Source: Candidatus Parcubacteria bacterium
GTDB taxonomy: Bacteria; Patescibacteriota; Minisyncoccia; Phycocordibacterales; UBA918
Length of the DNA: 49,163 nucleotides
NCBI GenBank assembly: GCA_009995385.1
Contig: JAACPT010000003.1
Location: 1 to 49,163 of the forward strand
Direction: 5' to 3'
Part shown: positions 35,302 through 44,840 of the stretch, one piece after another
How the letters are laid out: each line of letters opens with the position of its first letter
Numbering within the stretch: position 1 is the stretch's first letter
Made by a program: the position numbers and the translations under genes
Notes under the pieces: model-generated
Told to the model about the DNA's origin: nothing
Seen by the model: only the letters and a program-made list of their open reading frames with translations
Database searches by the model: none

Positions 35302-36555
35302 ATGAAAAAAGCGGCACCAACGGTGTGGGATGTAATCGTAATTGGTGGTGGACCAGCTGGAATGATGGCTGCTGCCCGAGCTGGCGAACGTGGTAAAACG
35401 GTCCTTTTACTTGAAAAGAATACCCGACTGGGCGTAAAGCTTTCCCTCACCGGTGGCGGTCGTTGCAATGTCACCAATAACAAAACCGACGTGCGGACGA
35501 TGCTCACTAATTATAAAGACGCTGGAAAATTTCTCTTTTCTACGTTCACGAAGCACGGAGTAGCAGAAACGATACAGTGGTTTGCAGGAAGAGGGATTAC
35601 TTTCCATGAAGAGAACGAGGGAAGACTGTTTCCAATAACTAACTCAGCAGAAACTATTAGGAAGACCCTGATTGATGCCTTACGGGAGCAGCAAGTATCG
35701 ATACGAGTGGGGGCGATTGTCAGCGCCATTTTACACGACGTCGAGACGGGACTTTTTACTATACAACTTTCTAATGGGAAGATATCGCACAGTCACTCAT
35801 GCATCGTTGCCACTGGTGGTATGTCACGACCAGAGACGGGTTCAACAGGGGAGGGATTTTCCTGGTTGAGCACCCTTGGTCATACCATAAAGAAAGATTC
35901 TCTCTCACTAGTACCCCTCATGCTCCATGACACGTGGGTAGAAAAGATACGTGGTGTTACCATACCTGATTGTAAAATTACCCTCTACAGTGGTGATAAA
36001 AAACAAAAAGCCCAACGTGGAAAGATACTCTTTACACACACTGGAGTAAGTGGGCCGACGATATTAAATATAAGTAGCATGGTAAAAGAGCTACTACTTC
36101 ACGGGACGGTGACCCTAGTCCTTGACCTTTTCCCTGAACTAGATGACAAGGCTCTACGAAGCAGTATACAAGAACTGCTACTCATCAATTCCAACCAAAA
36201 AATAAAAAATGTCCTTGCCAGGATCGTTCCACGAGCGCTTGCGTTGATCATTCTGGAATTATTGAAAATAAATAGTGAAACACCAACGCACAGTCTCCTC
36301 GCCAAAGATCGAGTTATGCTCGTATTTTTTCTCAAACATTTTCCACTGCACGTAAAAGGACTACTCGGCGCCGACAAAGCAATTGTCTCTAGTGGTGGAG
36401 TTTCACTGACTGAAATAGACTTTAAAACAATGGGTTCTCTTATCGTCCCTAATCTCTTCTTAGTTGGCGATGTACTAGATATCGATCGACCCTCAGGAGG
36501 GTATAGTCTGCAGCTTTGTTGGAGCACTGGATATGTGGCTGGGAGCAGTGCGTAA
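35302..36555 (+). CDS. HI0933/BaiN-family FAD-dependent oxidoreductase
   Basis: 417 aa with the dinucleotide fold VIVIGGGPAGMMAA, GGGRCNVTN, ATGGMS and a C-terminal GGYSLQLCWSTG. Confidence 0.85.
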   Translation: MKKAAPTVWDVIVIGGGPAGMMAAARAGERGKTVLLLEKNTRLGVKLSLTGGGRCNVTNNKTDVRTMLTNYKDAGKFLFSTFTKHGVAETIQWFAGRGITFHEENEGRLFPITNSAETIRKTLIDALREQQVSIRVGAIVSAILHDVETGLFTIQLSNGKISHSHSCIVATGGMSRPETGSTGEGFSWLSTLGHTIKKDSLSLVPLMLHDTWVEKIRGVTIPDCKITLYSGDKKQKAQRGKILFTHTGVSGPTILNISSMVKELLLHGTVTLVLDLFPELDDKALRSSIQELLLINSNQKIKNVLARIVPRALALIILELLKINSETPTHSLLAKDRVMLVFFLKHFPLHVKGLLGADKAIVSSGGVSLTEIDFKTMGSLIVPNLFLVGDVLDIDRPSGGYSLQLCWSTGYVAGSSA

Positions 36556-36647
36556 CTGTGCTGTGCACTGAACGTATTGACGAAGAAGCTCAATCGGGAT
36601 TAGACTTACCCTCGGATTTCTTGGCTTTTTACCTTGAAGGAGAAATT

Positions 36648-36953
36648 ATGACTACTTTAAAAGACGGTAAGCAGTATTTGCTTGAAGCCTTCCAATGTTC
36701 TTTTGACCAAAATTTTCAGGAAAGGATGCTGCAGCAAGTAGAAGCAATGACGGCAATTCAGAATTCGCAATGCGTTTGGGAAAAACTTCCTCATGCTGAG
36801 CAACAACGATGCGGTTCAATTGAAAATCACCCGCAGGGCATGGAACTTTGCATTGAAGAATGGATTAAAACCGGCAAGGCAGAACAGTGGGGAGACTCAT
36901 ATGTACAGACGCAACATAACTTAGATATCAATAGTATATCTACTGGTAAGTAA
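36648..36953 (+). CDS. Hypothetical protein (101 aa)
   Basis: Start set at the ATG at 36648, preceded by GAAGGAG. The longer track ORF (from 36516) overlaps the previous gene. A strong terminator follows. Confidence 0.45.
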   Translation: MTTLKDGKQYLLEAFQCSFDQNFQERMLQQVEAMTAIQNSQCVWEKLPHAEQQRCGSIENHPQGMELCIEEWIKTGKAEQWGDSYVQTQHNLDINSISTGK

Positions 36954-36974
36954 ACATTACTTACCAGTTTTTTA
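36942..36974 (+). terminator. Rho-independent terminator
   Basis: ACTGGTAAGTAA-ACA-TTACTTACCAGT (12 bp stem) followed by TTTTTT. Confidence 0.8.
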
Positions 36975-37015
36975 TTTGCGTGCAGGAGTACTATCAGCAT
37001 ATACTACGGCGCATC

Positions 37016-37765
37016 ATGGAATACATTCAGACACTTTGTCTTCGTCTTCTGACTGAAAAATACCAAGGCAACACAAGTGAATCCTATCAACAAGATTGTG
37101 ATCGTTTAAAGAAAGGTGAACCGTATGAATACGTCTTAGGACACGTAGATTTTCTAGGTGCCAAAATTGATCTTTCACTTCATCCAATGATTCCTCGACC
37201 AGAAACTGCTTTCTGGGTAGAAAAAGCTATTGTTGAATTGAAAGGGAAACCTGGACCACTTCGCCTTGCTGATATTTTTGCGGGATCGGGAAATGTAGGA
37301 ATTGCCTTACTAACACATCTCCCAAACGCAACCGTCGACATCTCTGAATTAGACCCAATGCTCAAAGAGCAAATTGAGAAAAATATCATATTAAATACTA
37401 TTGCACCAGAACGAGTACATGTGATAAGTGCCTCTGTCATTGAAGGCCTAACGGGGGAATACGATGCAATCTTCGCAGTACCACCATATGTACCGTATGT
37501 GGCATTACCTGAACTAGACCAAGAAATGATCGAATTCGAACCGCATCTGGCTTTCTTTGCACATGAAGATGGACACGAATTTCATCGTGCACTAATACAG
37601 AATACTTTGGATTTCCTTACCAAGGGAGGTACGTTGTACATGGAAGCTGATATGGACCATAACGAGGCTATCAAGAAATTGGTAAAGGGGACGCAGTGGT
37701 CAAAGCTAGAATTCTGGTCTGACCCGTACGGGGCAACGCCAAATGTCGTCTTGCGAAAAGAGTAA
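37016..37765 (+). CDS. prmC: HemK/PrmC-like N5-glutamine methyltransferase with a VPPY motif in place of NPPY
   Basis: Has the SAM motif DIFAGSGNVGIAL and the motif IV region AIFAVPPYVPY...EFEPHLAFFAHEDG, which aligns with the HemK sequence NPPY...FEP..AL. The start is taken at the ATG at 37016, after the upstream terminator. Confidence 0.7.
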   Translation: MEYIQTLCLRLLTEKYQGNTSESYQQDCDRLKKGEPYEYVLGHVDFLGAKIDLSLHPMIPRPETAFWVEKAIVELKGKPGPLRLADIFAGSGNVGIALLTHLPNATVDISELDPMLKEQIEKNIILNTIAPERVHVISASVIEGLTGEYDAIFAVPPYVPYVALPELDQEMIEFEPHLAFFAHEDGHEFHRALIQNTLDFLTKGGTLYMEADMDHNEAIKKLVKGTQWSKLEFWSDPYGATPNVVLRKE

Positions 37766-37844
37766 TTTCATTCAGGGTATCTATTTCTGGAATACAACGT
37801 ATACTTACCCTTACCGCGGTTTAGTAGCTAACATATAAAAATGT

Positions 37845-37934
37845 ATGACAGACCTGAAAAAAGAAGAAACCGTAGTTGCTACTCCAACCACCGATACTCA
37901 GAAACCAGAAGCTGGAGAAGAAAAGAAAGCATAA
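37845..37934 (+). CDS. Possible 29-aa hydrophilic micro-ORF (MTDLKKEETVVATPTTDTQKPEAGEEKKA)
   Basis: An ATG-to-TAA ORF followed 13 nt later by a perfect terminator. It has no RBS and no recognised homology. Confidence 0.2.
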   Translation: MTDLKKEETVVATPTTDTQKPEAGEEKKA

Positions 37935-37947
37935 ATATATACCTTAT

Positions 37948-37974
37948 AAAAAACACTCTGCAGAGTGTTTTTTA
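37948..37974 (+). terminator. Rho-independent terminator
   Basis: AAAAAACACTCTG/CAGAGTGTTTTTT, a perfect palindrome with a T-run. Confidence 0.7.
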
Positions 37975-38059
37975 TTTTACCCCTATCGTGGCAGTGCAGT
38001 TATTCCGTTTGCAATGTATCTTCTCGGTATGGTTTAATTTATTGTTTTTACACCACCCT

Positions 38060-38146
38060 GCTGGAGTGGCGAAATTGGTAGACGCGCTACGTTCAGGTCG
38101 TAGTGGGGGCAACCCCATGGAGGTTCAAGTCCTCTCTTCAGCACCA
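38060..38146 (+). tRNA. tRNA-Leu (anticodon CAG), CCA encoded
   Basis: Has acceptor GCTGGAG/CTTCAGC, the class II D region GCGAAATTGGTAGACGC, anticodon stem CTACG/CGTAG with loop TTCAGGT, a long variable arm (TGGGGGCAACCCCAT) and a 3' ACCA. Confidence 0.9.
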
Positions 38147-38342
38147 ACGAGTTTACGAGGAGATGATGAAGAAGCAGAATCCAAGGGGACTTTGTCAGCA
38201 CATATTTGTATTATTTAAAATATACTCTTGTGTTTTTACATGGGTATGCTTTAATACTGAAACGAAACGACGCTCCTCTGACGTTTTGAAGAAAGACCAG
38301 ACGAAGTGATGTTTTGTTTACAATAATTAGATCTACATATAT

Positions 38343-38543
38343 ATGAAGGGTTCAATCGTACGAAAGCGCACAGAAGGTTACGGGTTCATCAAGCCAGAAA
38401 ACGGTGAGAAAGATGTATTCTTCCACGCTTCTGCACTTGTTGATGTCGCTTTTGACGACCTCAACGAAGGAGACGTTGTTACATTTGAAGTTGAGCAGGG
38501 TCCTAAGGGTCCAGCTGCAGCTAATGTACAGCGCGCTGCGTAA
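38343..38543 (+). CDS. Cold-shock domain protein (CspA family)
   Basis: 66 aa with the RNP1-like GYGFI and RNP2-like VFFHAS motifs. Confidence 0.95.
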   Translation: MKGSIVRKRTEGYGFIKPENGEKDVFFHASALVDVAFDDLNEGDVVTFEVEQGPKGPAAANVQRAA

Positions 38544-38553
38544 GTAGCAAAAT

Positions 38554-38590
38554 AAAAGTGGCGCGGGGCCTTGCCCCGCGCCACTTTTAT
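38554..38590 (+). terminator. Rho-independent terminator after the cold-shock gene
   Basis: AAAAGTGGCGCGGGG-CCTT-GCCCCGCGCCACTTTT. Confidence 0.85.
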
Positions 38591-38631
38591 TTTCTATAAA
38601 ACTTAATCCCAACTTTGCCTGCTATGTAGCG

Positions 38632-39048
38632 ATGGTTTCTTGTTATACTGAATATACCATGCTCTTTCTCTCAATATCGCATCACTACTTGTTTTGGCAT
38701 TACTCACGTGCCTTCATGGAAATATTTCATGTCTGGCTTAACCTCTTATGGTTTGTTATTCACTTCTTTTCACTACCACAACTTATGCGTTCTTGGATTT
38801 CGCCCTGGAAACGTATAGTAGAAGGTCGTGGTGAAAAATGGAATCTTGAAGATTTAGCTGGCTACATCATTATCGGACTAGTTTCACGTATTATCGGTTT
38901 TATCCTCCGAACAGTCGTCATTACAATTGGGTTGTTTTGTCTACTTTGCACTATTGTAGCTGGGTTTGCGGTATATGCTTTTTGGATAGCAGCACCACTT
39001 CTTATCATTGCATTAGTGGTTTTTGGTGTAACACTTTTATTCGCTTAA
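38632..39048 (+). CDS. Membrane protein, function unknown
   Basis: 138 aa with 3-4 hydrophobic helices. It lies 10 nt upstream of the Clp-like ATPase gene. Confidence 0.5.
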   Translation: MVSCYTEYTMLFLSISHHYLFWHYSRAFMEIFHVWLNLLWFVIHFFSLPQLMRSWISPWKRIVEGRGEKWNLEDLAGYIIIGLVSRIIGFILRTVVITIGLFCLLCTIVAGFAVYAFWIAAPLLIIALVVFGVTLLFA

Positions 39049-39058
39049 TTGCTTTTCT

Positions 39059-41509
39059 ATGTACACGCTAAAAAATAGCAGCAAAGTTTATGCTCCAGCC
39101 ATTCGACTAACTTCAGTGATCGGTCGCCCAACACTATCATTGTTGCGGAGCGCTTCTTTTGTGGGCATGACAGTTTCAGCAGTTGGAGCGGTAGGAGCTT
39201 GGTATATTCCTTTTGGGTCATACGCTCATTTTGCCACTCCCTTTTTAGGAAGTAGCGCATTGTTTGCTGCGTTTTGGCTTGAACAAATGCTTGTCTTTTC
39301 ATATCACAACAGCTTTTATTTCCACGGTCTCAATTCTCTCATCGGATTAGATGAAGAAGATATCAGTGGTGCGACCTATGATGTAGCAGCCGCAGTACTC
39401 AAATATCCACACGACGTCACATTAGCATTTTGTACCTCGAGCTTTGGCACCCAAGCTCTTTTGCGGAGTGGTATCTCAAGCGAAGCAGTTGCACAGTACC
39501 TCCATAAAACTAGACCGAAAATCAGCACCGACATGGTCGTCGTGCCAGAAGAAGAAATGTTCAGTCTAATTGGTCTTGGTAAATATCTACTCGCACATGA
39601 CACAAGTTTTAAGGCTCTCTTTACCGAAGCCGGAATTACCGAGAATATTTTTCTCGGGGCACTACGGTGGGTAGTTGGTTCATACCACCAGGAAAAAAGA
39701 CGGATGCGTTGGTGGAGTAAAGATAATCTTTCACGCACCACTGGCATCGGACGCGAATGGGCGTACGGTACTGCCTACTTACTAGAAAAATTTTCTCGTG
39801 ATATTAAGACGAGTGCCGTCTTTTCAACTCTTGGTGCTGACAGTTCATTTGCAGCTGAAAAAGTTTCTGAAATTGAATCCACGCTCGTACGAGCAAAAGA
39901 TTCTAATGTTCTCATTATTGGGGAAGCGGGGGTAGGGAAAATTGACCTAGTAATGGAAGTCGCAAAACGAATACAAACAGGAAAGTCGCTTGACGCTATT
40001 TCTGGTCGGCAACTGATTGTGCTGGACACCAATCGTTTGTTTGCTGTTCACCGTGATAAGCAAGCGCTTGAACTGACTCTTCTCCAGATGTTTGATGAAG
40101 CCATCGAAGCAGGGAATATAATTATCGTCATTGAGAACTTGAGTACATTCATTCGAGAAGCGCAAATCTTAGGTGTTTTTATTCCAGAACTACTAGATGA
40201 ATACCTAGCCCTTCCACAGCTACAAATCATCGCTACCGACACCCCTGGTGCGTATCACACGTTTCTTGAACCACTCGGCGCCTTCACTCGTCGTTTTGCC
40301 GAAGTATTAATCGAAAGCCCTGATCTTTCGGCGACCACTCGAGTACTTGAGAATGTTGCGGTACAGCATGAAGTTAAAAATAATATTCTTTTTACCTATG
40401 CGGGACTACACGCTGTCACCATCGCTGCCGACCGATACATTGTAGAGGGAGTAATGCCAAACAAAGCTGTCGAATTACTCATTGATATTGCTACCAAGGC
40501 ACAGCAGACTAACACTCGTATCATCACTGAAGATTTTGTGTACGAGACAGTGAGTGAAAAAACAGGAGTACCAGCTGGACCTATACAGGACAATGAACGT
40601 GAACTCCTCCTCCATCTTGAGGACCAACTACATCAACAAGTAATCGGGCAACAAGCAGCTTTGAGTGCTATTGCCCGCACGATGCGACGAGCTCGGGCAG
40701 GCATTCAAGCGACCGATAAACCAATTGGATCATTCCTTTTCTTAGGACCAACTGGCGTAGGAAAAACCGAAACAGCCAAAGCGTTAGCTAAAATATTTTT
40801 TGGCAATGAAGACAAGCTGCAACGCCTAGATATGTCTGAATATAGTGGGGAAGATGCCCTTATGCAGCTCATTGGTAATGGGGAGAAACCAGGAGTATTG
40901 CCAATGATGTTACGAGAACATCCATACTGTGTGCTTCTTCTTGATGAATTTGAGAAGGCTACCCAATCAGTGCACGATCTTTTTCTACAAGTACTTGACG
41001 AGGGAATGTTTACCGATGCTAGGGGTATGCGCGTTAATGCTCGTAACACCATCATTATCGCCACTTCAAATGCCGGCAGCCAGCTCATCCTCAAGACCGT
41101 ACAGCAACGAAAAGCTCTTGTTCACCTCACTCAAGAAATCATTGACCATATTGTGCAAGAGGGAATATACCGACCAGAACTCATAAACCGTTTTGATAGC
41201 ACCATTGTGTTTGAACCACTAACCATTGCTGAGCAAACTGATGTTGCCAGTCTCATGCTCGGAAGTTTATATGACCGTATTAAGAACCAAGGGTATGACC
41301 TACAGGTGAGTCGAGCCTTACTTGATGTGCTAGTAGAAAAAGGGTACAACCCAGAATACGGTGCACGACCGATGCAACGAGTACTTCAAGATGTAATTGA
41401 AGAAAAAATCGCTCAAAAAATTATCGCGGGAACAGTGGCAAAGGGTGATGCTATCATCTTAGAGAAAACAGACTTTACCGATGCAGAACTAACCGTCGGG
41501 GGGACTTAA
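39059..41509 (+). CDS. ClpA/B/C-family double-AAA+ ATPase with a hydrophobic N-terminal extension and a degenerate first nucleotide-binding domain
   Basis: 816 aa. D1 Walker A is GEAGVGKI (canonical GEPGVGKT) and D1 Walker B is IIVIEN (canonical hhhhDE). D2 is intact (GPTGVGKTE, LLLDEFEKA, ATSNAG, RPELINRFD). There is no long coiled-coil M-domain and no obvious (I/L)GF loop. Confidence 0.8.
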   Translation: MYTLKNSSKVYAPAIRLTSVIGRPTLSLLRSASFVGMTVSAVGAVGAWYIPFGSYAHFATPFLGSSALFAAFWLEQMLVFSYHNSFYFHGLNSLIGLDEEDISGATYDVAAAVLKYPHDVTLAFCTSSFGTQALLRSGISSEAVAQYLHKTRPKISTDMVVVPEEEMFSLIGLGKYLLAHDTSFKALFTEAGITENIFLGALRWVVGSYHQEKRRMRWWSKDNLSRTTGIGREWAYGTAYLLEKFSRDIKTSAVFSTLGADSSFAAEKVSEIESTLVRAKDSNVLIIGEAGVGKIDLVMEVAKRIQTGKSLDAISGRQLIVLDTNRLFAVHRDKQALELTLLQMFDEAIEAGNIIIVIENLSTFIREAQILGVFIPELLDEYLALPQLQIIATDTPGAYHTFLEPLGAFTRRFAEVLIESPDLSATTRVLENVAVQHEVKNNILFTYAGLHAVTIAADRYIVEGVMPNKAVELLIDIATKAQQTNTRIITEDFVYETVSEKTGVPAGPIQDNERELLLHLEDQLHQQVIGQQAALSAIARTMRRARAGIQATDKPIGSFLFLGPTGVGKTETAKALAKIFFGNEDKLQRLDMSEYSGEDALMQLIGNGEKPGVLPMMLREHPYCVLLLDEFEKATQSVHDLFLQVLDEGMFTDARGMRVNARNTIIIATSNAGSQLILKTVQQRKALVHLTQEIIDHIVQEGIYRPELINRFDSTIVFEPLTIAEQTDVASLMLGSLYDRIKNQGYDLQVSRALLDVLVEKGYNPEYGARPMQRVLQDVIEEKIAQKIIAGTVAKGDAIILEKTDFTDAELTVGGT

Positions 41510-41545
41510 ACTACTACTTCTATCTGCTAGAGTTTCATATCATAT

Positions 41546-41577
41546 AAAAAAGGCGGGCGCTTTGCGCCCGCCTTTTT
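41546..41577. terminator. Bidirectional terminator between convergent genes
   Basis: AAAAAAGGCGGGCGC-TTT-GCGCCCGCCTTTTT. Confidence 0.85.
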
Positions 41578-41585
41578 ACTACGTA

Positions 41586-44126
41586 CTATTTTTGAGTGGA
41601 GACGACTTTGTTTTGTGATCGCTCGACGAGTGCGGTGATAATAAAGAGTAGACCAATACCAAGGAAGGTAAGTACTCTCCAGACCAATTCCATTTCCCAT
41701 ACATCAACCAAACCAAGTCGAAGGATGACCGCGGATAGTAGCATAAAGCCAACTCGTCTCCACACTTTTGATCCAGTGGCACGACCACGATTGTAAGCAA
41801 TCAACCCAGTTACTGTATACACAAAGAGAGCAAGCGTAACCGCAATTGAGCCATTGGTAAAGACTGTCTGACTCATTATCCAGATCAGCGAAAAGATAAG
41901 TACTCCCACAATCACATAGAGCGCCTGCACCACAACACGTAGTGATTCTTTCTCTCCTTCGGGAACTTGCTGGCGGTATTCCAAGAGCGTAGTACCAAGT
42001 AAAAAAAGCATAGTAGTGGTGACATATAGCCCAACCGCATTGATGTCCATCAGTCCTTTTGACCAGCCAGTAAATGCTAGTGACGGCAAAAGCATCATTC
42101 CTGGGATAAATAACACTGCCAAGACTGGTAACAATTTATACACACTCACTCGTAGTAGCATCAGCACATTTACGATGAGATAAATGAAAACTACATGACT
42201 TACTGCCGTCACCACTCGTTCTCCATCTCCTGAAAGAAGAGCATCCCATATCGTATTAATGAAAAGAAGCCCATAGCCTATAACTACCCAAAGGAGGACA
42301 TATGCATAATTGCCCACCACAGTGTTCTGCTCTTCACCATTTCGAGCGACTATCCAGTACAGCAACATAATGCTAATCAGCACAATCAAGTACGCGAGCG
42401 CCCCCAAGAAAGACTGATGAGTGATACCAGTGCTCCAGGCTTGATCAGAAAGTAATGCCGTAGCGGCGAATGTTGGTGCAATAAGAGTGAGTAATATTAC
42501 ACCGCGCCATGAATCACGCGGAATAGAAAATACAGTATACAGTATAACCATACTGGCGATGGTAGTCAGTAACATTGTAATCATAAAACCTTCTTCAAAA
42601 CTTTTTTGCGCTGTGCCGACAACAAAACTTGTTGCTACCGCGAAGAGATACCAAGCAACAAGTAATCCAGTGGCAATTTTACGGAGCCAGTCGATTGCTT
42701 GTAGTGCTTGGTTACGTACGCTCCAGACCACCGCAAAACCAAGCGTAATGATGACACAGAGAACACCGAGCGCTTCGACGTGAAAAATTCCTGTCTCCCA
42801 GACTGGAGCAGAAAGATTGACGATACCTGAAAAGAATGGGAAGACAAACAGCAGCGCCGATATCACAACCGAACGGGGAACCGTCGCCAAGCGGATACTG
42901 AGTAAATAAATCGTTAGCGCCTCAATTGCATATGCGATAGTAAGTATGTAGCCGTCAAACATTTTTGCCGTACCAATCAAGCTACACATCAGACTCGCTG
43001 CCAAAAAGAGTGAGACACCGTCAGCAGCAATGCCTCTCTTCCGAAGCGTGTACCCAATAGAACCAGTGATGGCCGCAGCAATAAATAGTGCCAGGTCGGG
43101 GAAGATAGCAATTTGATTTGCGTAGAGGATGAACTGTAACGTTACTATCGCCATCATCGAGACATCAATCAAATCGGGGTCATCATTACGGAAAATACTA
43201 ACTGCGATCGTGGCGCAGAATAAGAGAGAAAAAATAACTACAAAGAACCATAAGATATTCTCATGCAGTGTTCCATTATCAAATAGCAACGATAGATAAA
43301 AAGAAGAACCCAGCACTAAGGTGAGTGATATCCCGCGCCAAGCAGTAAAGAAAACTACCGCCGCAAAACCAATCGATAAGAGGAATACGTATGTCAGCAA
43401 CAGTGCCGAAAGTGGTTCATCAACTTTGATGAGTACCGGTGCTAAAAGTCCAGCGATACTTGCCATGATGCCTAGCCATTGGGTCTTGGCTTTGAGTGCA
43501 ACGGTCAGGGTGTATCCGATACTGCCGAGCATAAGGATAAATGCAAAGTATGGTGGTAAAACAGGAGTACTAAAAGCAAACTGTGAAGCAATCACCGTAC
43601 CGAGAAATACACCAGTGCCGAGTGTGGTCAGCACCTGATACTGCACCGGTTCAACCGTTTGACGCCAAATACCAACCACATAAATAGCACCAGCGAGCAA
43701 TAGACCAAGCATAATTCTCATGAGTGGACTGATCCAATTTTGTTCAATTGCGTAACTCACAAACCATACCGCACCCAAGAAGAAGATGACGGAGCCAATC
43801 TTAATAAGTGCCTGTTCACGAAACCAAGCAACCAGAAAGAAATCTCTTGCCGGTTCTTGAGACAAAAAGCCTGGATACAGCGGGGGAGGGATGGGAATTG
43901 GTGCTACTGCCTTGGGGATCACAATTTCTGTTGGATCTTCAGTTACAACCATTGATTGCACCATCGTGACTGACTCATCAGGAGAGAACTCTTCTTTTGC
44001 TTCAGTTGGCATTGGTTGTCTTCTTTCTAAAAAGTCTGCCTTATTTTCTAATTCTTCGACTCGATTACGAAGCGAAAAATGAGAAAAAATTAATGCTATA
44101 AAACCAACAAAAAGAAGAAATTCCAT
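41586..44126 (-). CDS. Very large polytopic membrane protein (DUF2339-like)
   Basis: 846 aa. An N-terminal TM segment and a short coiled coil (RNRVEELENKADFLERR) are followed by more than 20 hydrophobic helices. The family call rests on architecture only. Confidence 0.5.
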   Translation of the reverse strand: MEFLLFVGFIALIFSHFSLRNRVEELENKADFLERRQPMPTEAKEEFSPDESVTMVQSMVVTEDPTEIVIPKAVAPIPIPPPLYPGFLSQEPARDFFLVAWFREQALIKIGSVIFFLGAVWFVSYAIEQNWISPLMRIMLGLLLAGAIYVVGIWRQTVEPVQYQVLTTLGTGVFLGTVIASQFAFSTPVLPPYFAFILMLGSIGYTLTVALKAKTQWLGIMASIAGLLAPVLIKVDEPLSALLLTYVFLLSIGFAAVVFFTAWRGISLTLVLGSSFYLSLLFDNGTLHENILWFFVVIFSLLFCATIAVSIFRNDDPDLIDVSMMAIVTLQFILYANQIAIFPDLALFIAAAITGSIGYTLRKRGIAADGVSLFLAASLMCSLIGTAKMFDGYILTIAYAIEALTIYLLSIRLATVPRSVVISALLFVFPFFSGIVNLSAPVWETGIFHVEALGVLCVIITLGFAVVWSVRNQALQAIDWLRKIATGLLVAWYLFAVATSFVVGTAQKSFEEGFMITMLLTTIASMVILYTVFSIPRDSWRGVILLTLIAPTFAATALLSDQAWSTGITHQSFLGALAYLIVLISIMLLYWIVARNGEEQNTVVGNYAYVLLWVVIGYGLLFINTIWDALLSGDGERVVTAVSHVVFIYLIVNVLMLLRVSVYKLLPVLAVLFIPGMMLLPSLAFTGWSKGLMDINAVGLYVTTTMLFLLGTTLLEYRQQVPEGEKESLRVVVQALYVIVGVLIFSLIWIMSQTVFTNGSIAVTLALFVYTVTGLIAYNRGRATGSKVWRRVGFMLLSAVILRLGLVDVWEMELVWRVLTFLGIGLLFIITALVERSQNKVVSTQK

Positions 44127-44197
44127 ACGTAGATGATTATTTATCAGTAATATCTAAAGTATGACACTAAATAAGTACTTCGTTAAGTAGTATCCAC

Positions 44198-44232
44198 AAA
44201 AAAAAAGCGGGCGCCTTGCGCCCGCTTTTTTT
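44198..44232 (-). terminator. Terminator after the acidic secreted-protein gene
   Basis: AAAAAAAAAGCGGGCGC-CTT-GCGCCCGCTTTTTTT. The stem is nearly identical to the one at 41546. Confidence 0.8.
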
Positions 44233-44249
44233 GTTAAACGGTGACTACA

Positions 44250-44840
44250 TTAGTTACTTCCTTGTAGAAGCATTTGCTTCTGGAGAAGTTGGATCAACAA
44301 GAGCAATAGTTCACGGAGCTGGCTCTGGAGCTCAGCTTGATCAGTGGTTTTACCAAATTCTTTGTATTTCTCCATATTTTTATCCTCAAAACGCTCTACT
44401 TTCTTTACCATCTTATCATTTAGAGAATAGTTCTCATCATCAACACACTTCTTGGCAACACCCCAACCAGCTGCCTTGCTCGTTTTGTCGCAGAAATCTG
44501 CGTCGTCGTCTTCATCTTCATCTTCACTGTCATCTACAGGCAGATCACCTTTCTTCACTGACACCGTACTCGATGCTTCCACTTCAGCAACAGTCAGGTC
44601 AAGGTCTTCTGCTAATTTTTCAACGACCACCGTTTTATCCGTCTCATCATATGAATAGGTATCAGTGACAACATCTCCATCTTCTTCATATGAAACATCA
44701 GCAATCGAACCGTTATCGTAAATGTCGATTTCAATTTCAAGCGCTTTATAGGAAGCAGCTGACGCGCTAAATGCCACTCCAAAAGTTGCTACGATAGCAA
44801 CAGAAAAAATGGCGAGTTTATTGGTAAAAGTTAATTGCAT
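44250..44840 (-). CDS. Secreted, highly acidic protein, function unknown
   Basis: 196 aa with a signal peptide (LAIFSVAIVATFGVAFSASAAS), a D/E-rich centre (DDSEDEDEDDDAD) and two Cys residues. Confidence 0.55.
   Translation of the reverse strand: MQLTFTNKLAIFSVAIVATFGVAFSASAASYKALEIEIDIYDNGSIADVSYEEDGDVVTDTYSYDETDKTVVVEKLAEDLDLTVAEVEASSTVSVKKGDLPVDDSEDEDEDDDADFCDKTSKAAGWGVAKKCVDDENYSLNDKMVKKVERFEDKNMEKYKEFGKTTDQAELQSQLRELLLLLIQLLQKQMLLQGSN

Noticed and set aside
37841-38218. A 125-aa ORF spanning tRNA-Leu, plus ORFs 29103..29297 (+) and 30155..30421 (-) spanning tRNA-Gly and tRNA-Arg
   Set aside because: They read straight through well-folded tRNA genes and terminators, so they are not credible as coding.
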